Positions 51,801 through 64,000 of a stretch of 64,000 nucleotides of DNA are shown here, one piece after another. Source of the stretch: Octopus bimaculoides (Eukaryota); the NCBI RefSeq assembly GCF_001194135.2, contig NC_069006.1, positions 21,784,640 to 21,848,639 on the forward strand. Direction: 5' to 3'. The position numbers and the translations under genes were made by a program. Every line of letters begins with the position of its first letter. Positions within the stretch are counted from its first letter, which is position 1. Under the pieces are notes generated by a model. That model searched no databases and was not told the origin of the DNA. It saw nothing but the letters and a program-made list of their open reading frames with translations.

Positions 51801-54129
51801 TATGAATTAGAAGCAGCACTAGTTTTGTAAGCATTATCGATTGCATGCACTCAATGTGTGTTTTTTGCTTTTTTGCTGGTATGCTGCAGTTTAGCATGGT
51901 AGTGATGACTTCCTCATTACACTGGGTGTTAAAACATCTGAAAGCCACATACAGGTGAGACACAGGTGTCCCTAATTCCATTCAGGAGTGATGGATACTG
52001 ATATTTTGCCACTTTTGTGGTTTATCAACATCATGTATCTGAATCAAACTGGGGGTAAACCGAATCATGTGTGTGTGTGTGTGTGTGTGAACTCTTGTCT
52101 AGACATCGTGATGTTGTGAATGAGCATCATCACCATACAAGCAAAGTTGTTTAGTTCCAAGTGAAAAATATCTCCAGGAATGTTGAAGCATTACCTTGCA
52201 GGACATCAAGACGAGGTGATAGAAACGTATGCACACCCACACACACGTGCACACCCACATGTATGAGGATCTTCGTTCAGTTTCCATCTACCAAATTTGC
52301 TCACAAGGGTTTGGTTGGCCCATGGCTAGAAAATTTAGTTGAGGCAGACTATTTTACAGTCCAGTACTCTTCCCAATACCAACTCTCACTGGTCTCCAAG
52401 CAAGGAAATAATCCCCCATCCTGGCAGTTTTTCAAACAACAGCCTGGATATGCTTTCACAATGGATTGCAAACAAACAACACCATTCATATGAATGGTGA
52501 AGCTTTCATTTACAATCAACATGCAGATGTCAAAACAATGGTAATACAAACTCAATGACACACAAAAACACACATAATGTTCAAAATGTCTGAAGAGATG
52601 GGTTATGTAATCCATTTTATGTAATCTTATTGTGTAATACATTGTAAACAAATAAACAGCCTTGCTATTGAAACATATGTAACATAATTTCAATGAAAAT
52701 TCATTGTTCATATTCTTTCATTATATACATATATATATATATATATATATAATGTTGTGGCTGTCTGTCTGTCTTGCCATTTGGGATCTATCAGTATGTC
52801 TGCAGTACAAAGAAAATGGACTGTACTAATGCTCTTAATGTTAAAAAAAACAGTATGGTACACAGTTGAGAATGGTTTGCTTCCGGTTGAAGAGTATGAA
52901 ATAAAGAATAATATTTATAATATGTACAATTCAGTAAGATTTAAATGTTGCTGGTCTTTTTATTGATTTTTCATTATTGTTATTATTTTTATTAGTATTA
53001 TTATTATTACAACAGCACACACATAAATCAACTAAGCTACTTTTGTTTTCAATAAATAACATGGAAAGTTTGTTTGTGTGTACATTTGTATGTGTGTGTG
53101 TGTGTGTGTGTGTGTAGTATATATACATATGTAAGTGTATGCATATGCATATAAGTACATATCTGCTATATATTTATATATGCATATGCATGTATAGATA
53201 TGTGTGTGTGTATGTATATATATATATATATATAGATATGTATACATGTATATGTGTGTGTTTATGTATATGTGAATATGTATGGTGTATATATATATAT
53301 ATTCGTGTGCGTGTGTATTTATATATATATATATATATACACGCACACCTTTATTACAATTCAGTGGTCCAATACCATAGGTTTCATGTAAATATATTTG
53401 CAGTTATTCAATATACCAGACTATACTAATGTTGCATAGAAGAATCCTAAATTTAACTTAAACATATAATAAGCTTCACAACAATTACCACAATGGCTCA
53501 CTACTGCAGATCACGCACATTTTTCAAGCTTGCCTATTAATATTAACAATAAGAAGCACATACAGGGTATCGTCCCCACACATATAATGCCAGTAATGTT
53601 GTTACACTGAAACAATTCACCCGAAATGCTTCTCATTTGTATGCTTACTCTGAAAAGAGATGATTGGATGCTGATGATTTGGCATGGCTGCCTGGGCTTC
53701 CAGCCCTTTTTGGTGTTGGCAGCAAACACAGAACATGCACATGCATGTGTGTGTGTATCTATATATATATATATATATGTAGACAAACCATGAGTGACTA
53801 CAAAAGTGGTAGACCTCAATATCGTTGGGAATAGAAGACTATATTTATTAAATGACATCGAGCTATGGAGACTCACGTTCAGAATTTTAATTTTTCTCTG
53901 TCATTATGATGATTATTGCATGTTTTTAGCTGTTCCAAGCCTGGTGCATGTGGCACCATCTATTACACAAAAAAAAGCTTATGTAATCAATAGTGCTATG
54001 CACACCAGGCCTGCAACAGCTTAAGATGTGCAACAGTCCTCAAATTGTTGAAACAGAAGCTTAAAGTCATGAGTATAAATCTCCATGTATCATTTAACAT
54101 ACACTTTTTTCTACAAAAAAGTGGAGTAC

Positions 54130-54420
54130 AGGGACTTCAAAGTTTCAGTCCAGTGGCCTTCGTCAGACTACCAGCCACAGTCTGACAAAGTTTAGCAACC
54201 TGAATCTTTGAGCTCACTGCCAATCCTCTTGTAAATGTACTCTTAAACTATAAAAAAAGCATTGTGTAATTCTTCAATTTAATTTTAAACTGTTTTTATT
54301 GTAATTATGTAGACATAAAAACAAACACCTAAGGAGGATTTTAATTCAAGATAGACTATATAAATATAAGATTAACTTCAATTCATCACAGTCCAACTGG
54401 CCAAAACTTCGAAGTCATTG
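54130..54420. ncRNA. Cluster of three degenerate minimal type-I hammerhead-ribozyme-like motifs (Penelope-like pLTR relic)
   Basis: Minus 54166-54133: CTGACGA-AGGCCACTGGACT-GAAAC-TTTGAA-GTC with an intact core. Plus 54178-54219: CAGT-CTGACAA...GAATC-TTTGAG-CTC-ACTG. Plus 54403-54420: AAAAC-TTCGAA-GTC-ATTG. Confidence 0.55.
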
Positions 54421-57420
54421 TCAACAGTATTGTTGTTTAAGAATAATATTCTTTGCCACTAGTTTATGGTCTTGTACATCTTGTGTTATCTGTAAGCTTG
54501 CAAAATCTCATGTCACACTGTTGCAGGTTAAATTCACAGAGTTGTCAGTCATTAGTCAAACTCAGACAGAATAACTGCAAATATATTCATGCAGAACCTA
54601 TGAAATTCCATTAAAAGAAATTTTTTGCCACGTGTATGTTGTTGAAAACTCATTCTTTCATGTATATAACTATATACACACACATACATATATACATAGC
54701 TACACACACACTCATAGCTTTTGTGTATATGTTTATAATATGTATACACATATAAATATGTGTATACATGTATGTTTATATAGGTGTATATGTGTACATG
54801 TATGTTAACTGTTCTGCTGTTTCTGCTATTGAGTCCTACAATTTTCTTCATATCTTTTTTTATTTTTGCATAAAAATTAGCATAATTTTTCAGTATTATG
54901 ATTAGCATCATCATGGCATTGAAAACAAACCGGGTCTTTGCATAAAATTGTGCCATAAATTAACATCAACTTGGTAAATTCTTTTAATGAACCCCTAAAA
55001 TCATCATTTCAGATCTTCTCATACGTTAGTTAATTAGGAACCTTGAAGTATAAAACAAAAAAAGGAACCATACATATACATACATGAACAAAATAAAACA
55101 AAACAAACAATCTTTTTTATTACCAGAAAATGGGGGGAAAAACTCATCATGGAGAGAGAGATGGTAATATTGGTAGTTAACCTTTTGTCGCACACAATTT
55201 AGTGGATGATGCTATTTTTTTGTTTTACTATGATTAACTCTTGAGCATTCAATCTTGCCATATCCAGTCCAAATCTTCTACTGTTTAATGTTCAAACTGG
55301 TCAGATCTTGCTCCTCATACATACTCTACAATATTAATCTAAAAGTAATCACATCATTGAAACCTCATATGTATGTATGTATATATATATATATATATAT
55401 ATATGTCTGTGTTTGTCTGTTCATCACCACTTCACAACTGATGCTGGTGTGTTTATATCACGGTAACTTAGTGGTTTGGGAATGAAGAGTTATAGAATAA
55501 GAACTAAGCTTAAGATATAAGACCTAGGATCAAGTTGTTCGATTGATTAAAATCCTTCAAGTTCAGTCAAATGACTGAAATAAGTAAAAGGTGCTCCAGC
55601 ATGACTATGGCTGAAATGAGTGAAAGAGTATATATATATATATATATATTATTTATTTTTGACAGTTGAACTCGATGTCGGTAAAGCCATAAATTACAGC
55701 ATTCGGTTAAAAAACATTTTGGATAGAAAAAGTTGAAGGTTACCTATGGGACTTGAATGTGTCTTATTTCTACAGAAGTTGTGTGTTCAATTCCCAATAG
55801 GCAGCCTTTGATTATTTTTTTTTTTCTATCCAGAGGGATTTTTACACCCAATATTTACATATACATCATTTACTTTGAGTTCAACTCTTTAGAATGAATT
55901 TTATTTGTGTGTATATATATATATATACAGATTTGTCATGCACCTAGTGTGCCTACTGTCACTTATACATATTATATATACATATACACACATACATATT
56001 TATTATATACACACACACATACATTATACATGCACAGGTGTATATATGTACACGTACATACATATATATATATATATGCAAACACACATACTTATGTTAT
56101 ACATATATATGTGCAGACACAAATATTACGGTTTCCCTTTTTGTTTTTTCAAGAAGGGGGAATATAAAATTAATAAATTAAAGAACAAAAGAAAAACAAA
56201 CAAAAAGTGCACCAAAAAAACAAAACAAAAGCAAAAGAAAACAGTCATAATATTGGTTTATATTTTTATAATATTAAATAATAATAAAATTAATTATAAG
56301 AATGATCTCTCATAGATTAAAAGAAAGAAATTCTTCACCCCACTCCACCATCCATGCAAATTGGTCCTTTTTTTTTTGTTGAAAGAAATTGTTTTTGAAA
56401 TATTTTCAAACTTTTTCTTTTCCATTTGTTGTGAGTTTATCTGTCCAGAATTTTGTGTTTTTTAACAACATCTTCATTAAGAAAGATAATTTTTTTTATT
56501 TTTGAATTATCAGCCTCATCTCTAGATATGAAAGATTTTTTTTATGTTTGTTTCTTAAATATTTATATCAACCAACACACACCTACACACATAGACATGT
56601 GTATGATGAATTGTAAAAATTGGTAGAGCAACAGCTTAAATCTTGTGTGCTATTTAATATGTCTATATATCCTTTTCTATTCTGAGTTTGACTCCCATCA
56701 GCTTCGACTTTATCTTCCATCCCTAGGAGTGAAGGGAAATTCAGTTTAATCTGTTTCCTGATTCAACATCAAGTTCTTTAGTGAAAGCATATGGCCTAGT
56801 GCTTAGGGTGTTGCACTCACAATTGCTAGATTGTGGGTTCATTTCTCAGACCAGGCAGCACATTATGTTCTTGAGCAAAATACTTCATTTCACATTGCTC
56901 CGGTCTCCCATTTCGATCATGGGGAAAAGTTGTCCTGCTTGCCAAGCCAGCAGGGTGGCATAATTCGATTTCTAATTTCTCAGTTTAAAAATCAAACAGT
57001 TAGGGAAATCAGAAATTTCTAGTATGAAATCAATCTGGGACTATGTCCACATAGAGAGACACCTCTTACATTGATTACAATATATATTGTAAATATAGGT
57101 GCAGCTGTGTGGTTAAGAAGCTTGCTTCTCAACCACATGGTTCCAGGTTCAGTCTCACTGCATGGCATCTCAGGCAATTGTCTTCTGCTATATAGCTCTG
57201 GATCAACTAATGCCTTGAGTGGATTTAGTAGATGGAAACTGAAAGAAGCCTATGTTAATGCGTGTGTGTGTCTATGTGCAACCACTGCTTGATAACTGGT
57301 GTTGGTTTCTTTGCATCCCTGTGACTTAGTGGTTCAACAAAAGTGACTGGCAGAATAAGTACTGGGGTTGATTTGTTTGACTAAACCCTTGAGAGCAAGT
57401 AAAAAAAAAAAAAATTATAA

Positions 57421-57810
57421 AGACAGATTTCCTAGTTCAAATCCAGCTTTATTCTATGTACACATCCAGGAATAAGAAACCTCATCATGATGATTAGCAA
57501 TTAAAACTGATTGCAGCATAGTGTGATAAAAAATATTGCAGATATTACCACTCAAAGACATTAGTACAGGAATTCTTATACGTACATGTTCAGGCATAAG
57601 CCACCTACCTGATGATGACTGGAGATCAGATAGATCAAAACAGTGTAAATTAAATATTGTAAATATACACTCCATTGATTAGTTTAGTAGTTCAGGAAAT
57701 TAAACAAAGGTTCCTTGTTCAAATCCAGCTTGGGTCTATGTACACATACTGGAAATAAAACACCCGATGATAATTGGAGATCAAATGGATTGAAACATAG
57801 TGTAGATATA
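57421..57810. repeat. Degenerate tandem triplication, ~140-bp unit
   Basis: Three copies share tatgtacacat...tgatga..ggagatca...gaaacatagtgt...aaatatt. Confidence 0.7.
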
Positions 57811-58325
57811 AATATTTAAAAAAAGAGAATTTATTTTATTATTGAAGATGAAGTAAATAGCCGAAAATATTTGAATCTTAATAATAATACTTCATCTTAT
57901 ACAGACATCTATCAGTCTGTTTGAAGTAGAAAGGTGTGGGGCAAATTGTTATTGTTTTTTACTTATATATGCTTGTTATTTATTTACCTTCTATGCTTTA
58001 TCACCAACATATTTTTTCTCCTTCACTGATACCACCAACGCCATCTCTCTCTCTCTTTCTCATTTAGTTTTTATTGTTATTCCTCCCTTTCTTTCACCAG
58101 TGCATACAAAGATAAATATACATACACACACACATTATGTATGTATATATGTATTTGTATGTAGTGTATATATATATTATATATATATGTGGGGTTGTGT
58201 TTTTCTTTCTCACTCAAGTACTTGTTTTTCACCTTTCTTCGCACAGATACAGATGTAGATCCACATGTCTACACACATGCACGTGTGTGCATATATATAT
58301 ATATATATACATGCATGCGTGTGTA

Positions 58326-58372
<47 letters not shown>

Positions 58373-60027
58373 GCATGCGTGTGTGCATATATATATATAA
58401 TTAGGTATGTTTCTGAGGTAGGGTAGATATCAGACCAATACTTTGCCCTTTCAAACCTTGTCTCGGGAGACAATTAGCAACAAATATTCCAGCAGGTGGC
58501 TGGTAGCATCATCATTACTATCATCATCAGCAGCATCATTGTCAGCAGCTATAACCATTTTCCAGTGGGAGTCTGGCAGTGGATTTAAGGATAGTCAAAG
58601 ACAGAAACAAACAAGGTGAGGAGAGAGAGAGACAAACAGACAGACACATAGGTAGATTAACTGATAAACATACAGATATAGAGAATTAAGTAATAGAGTT
58701 ATACATATATACATCTTTTAACGTCCTTTTTTCTATGTATGTGTGTATATAAAATTCGTTTTTAATGGTGGAATAGGCAGCCTTTGATTTTTACTATTCA
58801 AAGGGATTTTTTTACCCCTCTATTTAAAAACGAATTATTTAACATCTCTCAAAGTTCTTAAATTCACACACACGTGTATATGTGAATATGTATCAAGAGA
58901 ATGAGAGACAGACAGCATTGGAAAGACCTAGAAATTTCTAAATTAATAGATAGATTGATTGATAGATAGGTAGAGAGAGAGAGAGAGAGAGAGAGATAGC
59001 ATTGAAGAGACATAGAAATTTGTAAATTAATAGGCAGATAGATAGGAGACAGAGAGAGATAGAAAGTTAGGTAAATAGAAAGATATAAAGAGAATGATGC
59101 ATCAAATGAATCGTTTTTACAGGGTTTAGACTCAATAGCCTATCAGCTGTTAACCTGAATTGAACAGATAAACTGGTGTGTTTGAGTGAATGTGTACATA
59201 TGTATATATATAAGCATGTCTGTAGTATGCATGTGCGTGTGTGTGTGTGTGTTGGTATGTGTGGTGCATAGGTTTAAAACATTGTGTGAAGAATAGATTC
59301 TACATGGAATATATTAATATTGTTTTTCCTTTTTTTGGTATTTGTTTAGTATTTTTCTTTCTTTTTGTAGTTGTTTTTGCCTGTCTCAAACAGGAAGTGC
59401 AGAAATGGCACCTTTTTATTGTTTTTTTTTGTCTTTTATTTTTTTCAGTTTTATTAATTTTTAAAAACTTTTTATAGCTTCTTTTTAACTCCTCATTTAA
59501 TTTGTCATCTCTTTTTGTGTTTTCAAACATCTTTGTTTTCTATGATAATTGTTAGTCCCATCAAGAACGCATTATGGGAAATATTAAAATCAAATGACCA
59601 GTATCACACTGGCATTGTTTTTGTTTTTTAAATTGTTTTGTGGGTTATTTATTTTTCAAACTTTTTCTGTTCCCATCTAAGATGCATTGTGGGAATGTTA
59701 AATTGAAACCCTTGTCCAACCCCTGTACATAACTGTTACTGTCTTGTTGTACATATTTAATATATTGCAGTGTTAAAAATTAAAAATTTCATAGCAGTTT
59801 ATCCCAGTTGAACTCATCATCAATCTCGTCGTTGGTTATATATCTGGTATTTGCTCTTGGTATCGGAGGAAGTGGATGGTTCATGTAATTCCCTGCTTGC
59901 TGGAAACAAAAAAAAAAAAAATTAAATAAACATCTACAATTAAAACATCTTAAAAACAAGAAAAACACTTTAATTTAATCTTTTAGCATTCAAATTACTG
60001 TCCAATTTAATATTTATTTACACTGTG

Positions 60028-60400
60028 TAGCTGTATGGTTAAAAAGCTTGCTTCCAACCACATGGTTCTGGATTCAGTCCCACTGCGTGGCACCTTGGGC
60101 AAGTGTCTTCTACTACAGCCTCGAGCCAACCAAAGCCTTGTGAGTGGATTTGGCAGACGGAAACAGAAAGAAGCCCGTCGTATATATTTATGTGTGTGTC
60201 TTTGTGTTTGTCCCCCACCATTGCTTGACAACCAATGTTAGTGTGCTTATGTCCCTGTAACTCAGCAGTTCAGCAAATGAGACTGATAGAATAAGTATCA
60301 GGCTTACAAAGAATAAAACCTGGGGTTGATTTGTTTGACTAAAGGCAATGCTCCAGCATGGCCACAGTTAAATGATTGAAACAAATAAAAAAGTAAAAGA
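60028..60400 (+). mobile_element. SINE family C, near full length; other copies near 12295, 13100(-), 22950, 23435(-), 26395, 27645(-), 46300(-) and 57100
   Basis: tRNA-like head gctgtatggttaaaaagcttgcttccaaccacatggttctggattcagtcccactgcgtggcaccttgggcaagtg, central (TA/TG)n, tail ...aatgattgaaacaaataaaa. Confidence 0.8.
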
Positions 60401-62094
60401 ATATGTTTGTGGTTGTATCTATCACTTTTTTAAGAGGACTGATTCCATGGAAAGAACTGGGAAGCAAGTCTAAAAAAAGCAAGGTGAGACCCTTCCTGGG
60501 TCATATAGATTCAGAGGGTTAGTTTCCCAGTTTCTGTGGCACATATATTCCCCACTGGACTGCTCAAGAACACAACGTGCCATCCAGTCCAGGAATTGAA
60601 ACCCATAATCTCACTAGCATGAGCCGAACATCCCTAACCACTAAACCATTTGCTTCCATTAGCACTAAGGGCAGTACCCCAGTAAAGCCACAGCCTCTGG
60701 TTGAAACCAGTAGTAGAATAAAAGAATGCTTTCATTGGTGAAGACGGGCTTTACATCATGACTATGGCTGCAAATTGGTTTGGCAACCATTCATGGTAAT
60801 GCATTTGGAAGTCAATGTACTGCTAAATAGAGAGAAGGGATAAAGACAAGGATTATTTATTAAAAGATCCAATCGGAACTAATTCTATATTAATGCTAAA
60901 TATTCTGTCAATAAAACTGGTTCAGTTAAAAAAAAAAAAAAGAAAAGAGAAATGAAGAAGAGAACAAAAAAAATGGATTTGTTAATATGTGATAAGTGTA
61001 GAACATTGAGAGAGGGCAACAAACACTAGTTGAGTTTATCAAGATATGGGGATGTTTGTCTGGCTGATGGCCAAACAATCTTGACAGTTTCTGTCTTGTC
61101 ATTGGTTTTAAATATCTGGCGAATACATTTAACTGTCAGTGGCTCACTTCAACTGTCTATAAATAGGGACAATGAGTGGGTGGAAGGGTGGTTGTTGTTG
61201 TTGGTGGTGGTGGTAACAATACTATAAATCTTGCAGTTGTATGCTTGAGATGTGAAATATAAAGTGGGGAATACCAATAAGGGTGGATGTTATATAGCTG
61301 CAGGCCAAACCTGACCAAGTAAGGCCCAGCCTATTCTCAAAGGAATTCCATCCACAACCATCTTGTTTATATTTTCATATATAGTGTATTAAGGATCGTG
61401 TTACTTTCTATATATATCCTTCTTTTTTAACCTTTTTTAACCTTTTAACCTTTTTTTACTGCTATTTCTGTCAGCATACAATGCTTTTATTTCAATGAAT
61501 TTTCAAAATATCTTTTATCCTCTACTTTTTACTTGTTTCAGTCATTAGACTACGACCATGCTGGGACACCACCTTTAAGAATTTTCAGTCAAATGTATTG
61601 ACTCCAGTAATCACTTGTTTTTTTAAAGCCTGGTACTTATTCTATTGGTCTCTTTTGCTGAACCTCTAAGTTATAGGGATGTAAACACATAAGCACTAGT
61701 TGTCAAGAAGTGGAGGAACAAACACAAAGGGAACTGGTGAACAAACACAAAGAGGACTGGTGAAACCGGATGGCAACACCAGGCTCCAGTCTAATTTGGC
61801 NNNNNNNNNNNNNNNNNNNNNNNNNNNNNNNNNNNNNNNNNNNNNNNNNNNNNNNNNNNNNNNNNNNNNNNNNNNNNNNNNNNNNNNNNNNNNNNNNNNN
61901 AGACTAAAGCGCGAAGGTATGAGATGTTTGAGGCCGTAAATAAATAAATAATATAGTAAAATAATTTTGTCATTATTAAGCTGCTGTTTAAAACATAAAT
62001 TAACATGATATTTTTATTGAAGGTTTTTAGTTTGTCATAAGTTGTTGTTAAGGGCGATTTCAGCCTTGAGTAAGTAAACACTACAGTCAAAAGT

Positions 62095-62290
62095 ATAAGG
62101 GGTGGGGTCCTGAAATGTTCCTGGCTTTAGGTAGAAGGAAATACAGGAGGATCTGTGAATTATAATTCTATTCTACATATTCCCCTCTCCGATTGACACA
62201 CATATTGCATCGGTCCTCCAGTTTTTCTAAGTCTTGTAAAAGAACTTGGAAGGTTGGGCCTCCAACCAGGCTTTTCGTGGCACCCTCTGA
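62095..62290. mobile_element. Mariner-derived MITE fragment, same family
   Basis: Shared TIR-like start and internal sequence; the minus strand ends LEDRCNMCVNRRGEYVE*. Confidence 0.7.
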
Positions 62291-63797
62291 GAGTGAGAGA
62301 GAAAGAGTGAGTGTGTGTGTGTGAAAGAGCGTGTGCGAGCGAGTGTGTGTGTGTATTATATGGGTGTGTATGTGAGTGAGTATTATATGGGTGTGTGAGT
62401 GCGTGTGTATGCAAGTGAGTATGTGTGTATGCGAGTGAGTGAGTGTGTGTGTGAGTGCATGTGCAAGAGTGTGTGTGGGCATGTGTGTATGACTTCTCCA
62501 CTGCGCTTAACGACCAGTGTTCATATGTTTACATCTCCATAATGTACAGTTCAGCAAAAGAGGCAGACAGAATCAATAACCAGGCTTAAAACACTTAAGA
62601 CAAATAAGTCTGAGGTAAATTCTTGAATAATTGCCCCAGCATGGCCACAATCCAATGAATGAAACAAGTTGAAAATAACAGTTATGAATTCAATCTTTTT
62701 TCTTTTTTTGTAAAAAAGAAAAAAGCCCTTACCTGGTGGTTCATATTGTTCCTATCAGTAGGTATTGCTAGACATGACTGGTTATTCATGAGAGGATCTA
62801 CCATAGCTGTTTGGTTTGTGTCACAGTACGAGTTAGGACTACCTGAAAAGACATAGAAAAAGAAGGTGGAGGTAGAAAATGAGATTAGCAAAGCCAGAAA
62901 TAAATAAGATAACACAAAGGAGGAGAAAAATACAAGGAAAAACGTCAGAATTATTTCATTTTGTATTTGGTTTGCAATATTCTTGTTATATATATTGAAA
63001 CATGCTTTGTTGTACCTTGATGAAGGGTTGTTCTTTATGTTACTTGTCCTGTGTTCCATTTATTTCTCTTGGTGTTAGTATATTCAACTCATTTGTTTTC
63101 ACATCATGTTGCTTGTGATGTCCTGTACCCATATATATATATATATATATATGGGTATATATATATATATATATATATANNNNNNNNNNTATATATATAT
63201 ATATATATATGGGTATATATATATATATATATATATGCATATAAATATACTCATATATGTATATGTTTATCACCTACTTAAAAATTCTGTCCATTCCTGT
63301 GGACCCCCTACTTCAGAGATTGATATCCTGATATTGCTCAGGTTTCAGGTTTCTCACTGAATAATGAGAAAATGATGCATCATTTCTCTCTTTTACTCTC
63401 CTCTCCGTATGCTTCAGTCTCCAGAAAATTGATGGTGGTATTTCATTAATCAATACATTTAATACCAACGGCAGAAGAAAACTTGTCTGATCGTGCATTC
63501 CTCAAGGCTTAGTTTAGATGACAATCAGTCAGTTAACCAACTGTGCCCAACGAATATATACATACGTACATACATATATATAGTCCAACCCATGCTAGCA
63601 TAGAAAAAGGGATGTTAAGTGATGACGATTTTATATATATATATATGCACACACATACAAACATGTATGTATATATACATAAGAATTACAGCGTGATGTG
63701 CTGCTTGACTGGTCCCCCCTCTCTCTCTCTCTTTATATATATATATATATATATATGATGATGATCTTTTCTCCCGCCATGCCTCTGTCTACCCCTC

Positions 63798-63833
<36 letters not shown>

Positions 63834-64000
63834 GTTTTTCCTTAAGGTCTTCAGGTTCTGGCTATATATAAATGAGAAATCCATTCTAAATTATCTCAAT
63901 CTCTTCTCCGCTGACATACTACGACAAAGTCTCCAAGATGCAGATAAGATAGAGATTTTTATTTATTTACGGCCTCAAACATCTCATACCTTCGCGCTTT

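Noticed and set aside
53500-53740. Protein-like stretch (DADDLAWLPGLPALFGVGSK on +; donor-like CAGA|GTAAGC on -)
   Set aside because: No consistent acceptor/donor pair around an open frame on either strand.
60028-60110. tRNA-like sequences at SINE heads
   Set aside because: No complete cloverleaf and they continue into SINE bodies; not tRNA genes.
1812-63758. Most of the ORF track, including all long ORFs with X runs and YIYI/CVCV/THTH/SSSS/DDDD translations
   Set aside because: They are read-throughs of N-gaps or translations of (TA)n, (TG)n, (GA)n and (CAT)n microsatellites and SINEs, not proteins.

Overview
AT-rich, microsatellite- and SINE-dense eukaryotic genomic DNA with about 14 N-gaps. 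The repeat families look like those of an octopus; that is my inference from repeat style and cannot be proven here. One complete gene is well supported: a RAD51C orthologue on the + strand with 7 coding exons (28710-39684, 372 aa, Walker A GAPGIGKT, all introns GT-AG with matching phases). Part of an unidentified minus-strand gene is probably present: a candidate first coding exon at 15368-15576 and a candidate internal exon at 17-83. The rest is transposon-derived: three SINE families, mariner/hAT MITEs, a Tx1/L1-type LINE 3' end, CR1/L2-like fragments and several long hairpin elements. Best leads: (1) a cluster of minimal type-I hammerhead-ribozyme-like motifs with a palindromic stem III at 54.1-54.4 kb; (2) a strong alternative donor plus upstream ATG in RAD51C giving an in-frame short N-terminus; (3) a foldback element with an 8-bp TSD nested inside another hairpin element at 19.2-20.2 kb; (4) a near-perfect loopless 124-bp palindrome; (5) possible nesting of RAD51C inside the first intron of the minus-strand gene. 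Most of the ORF track is microsatellite or N-gap artefact.
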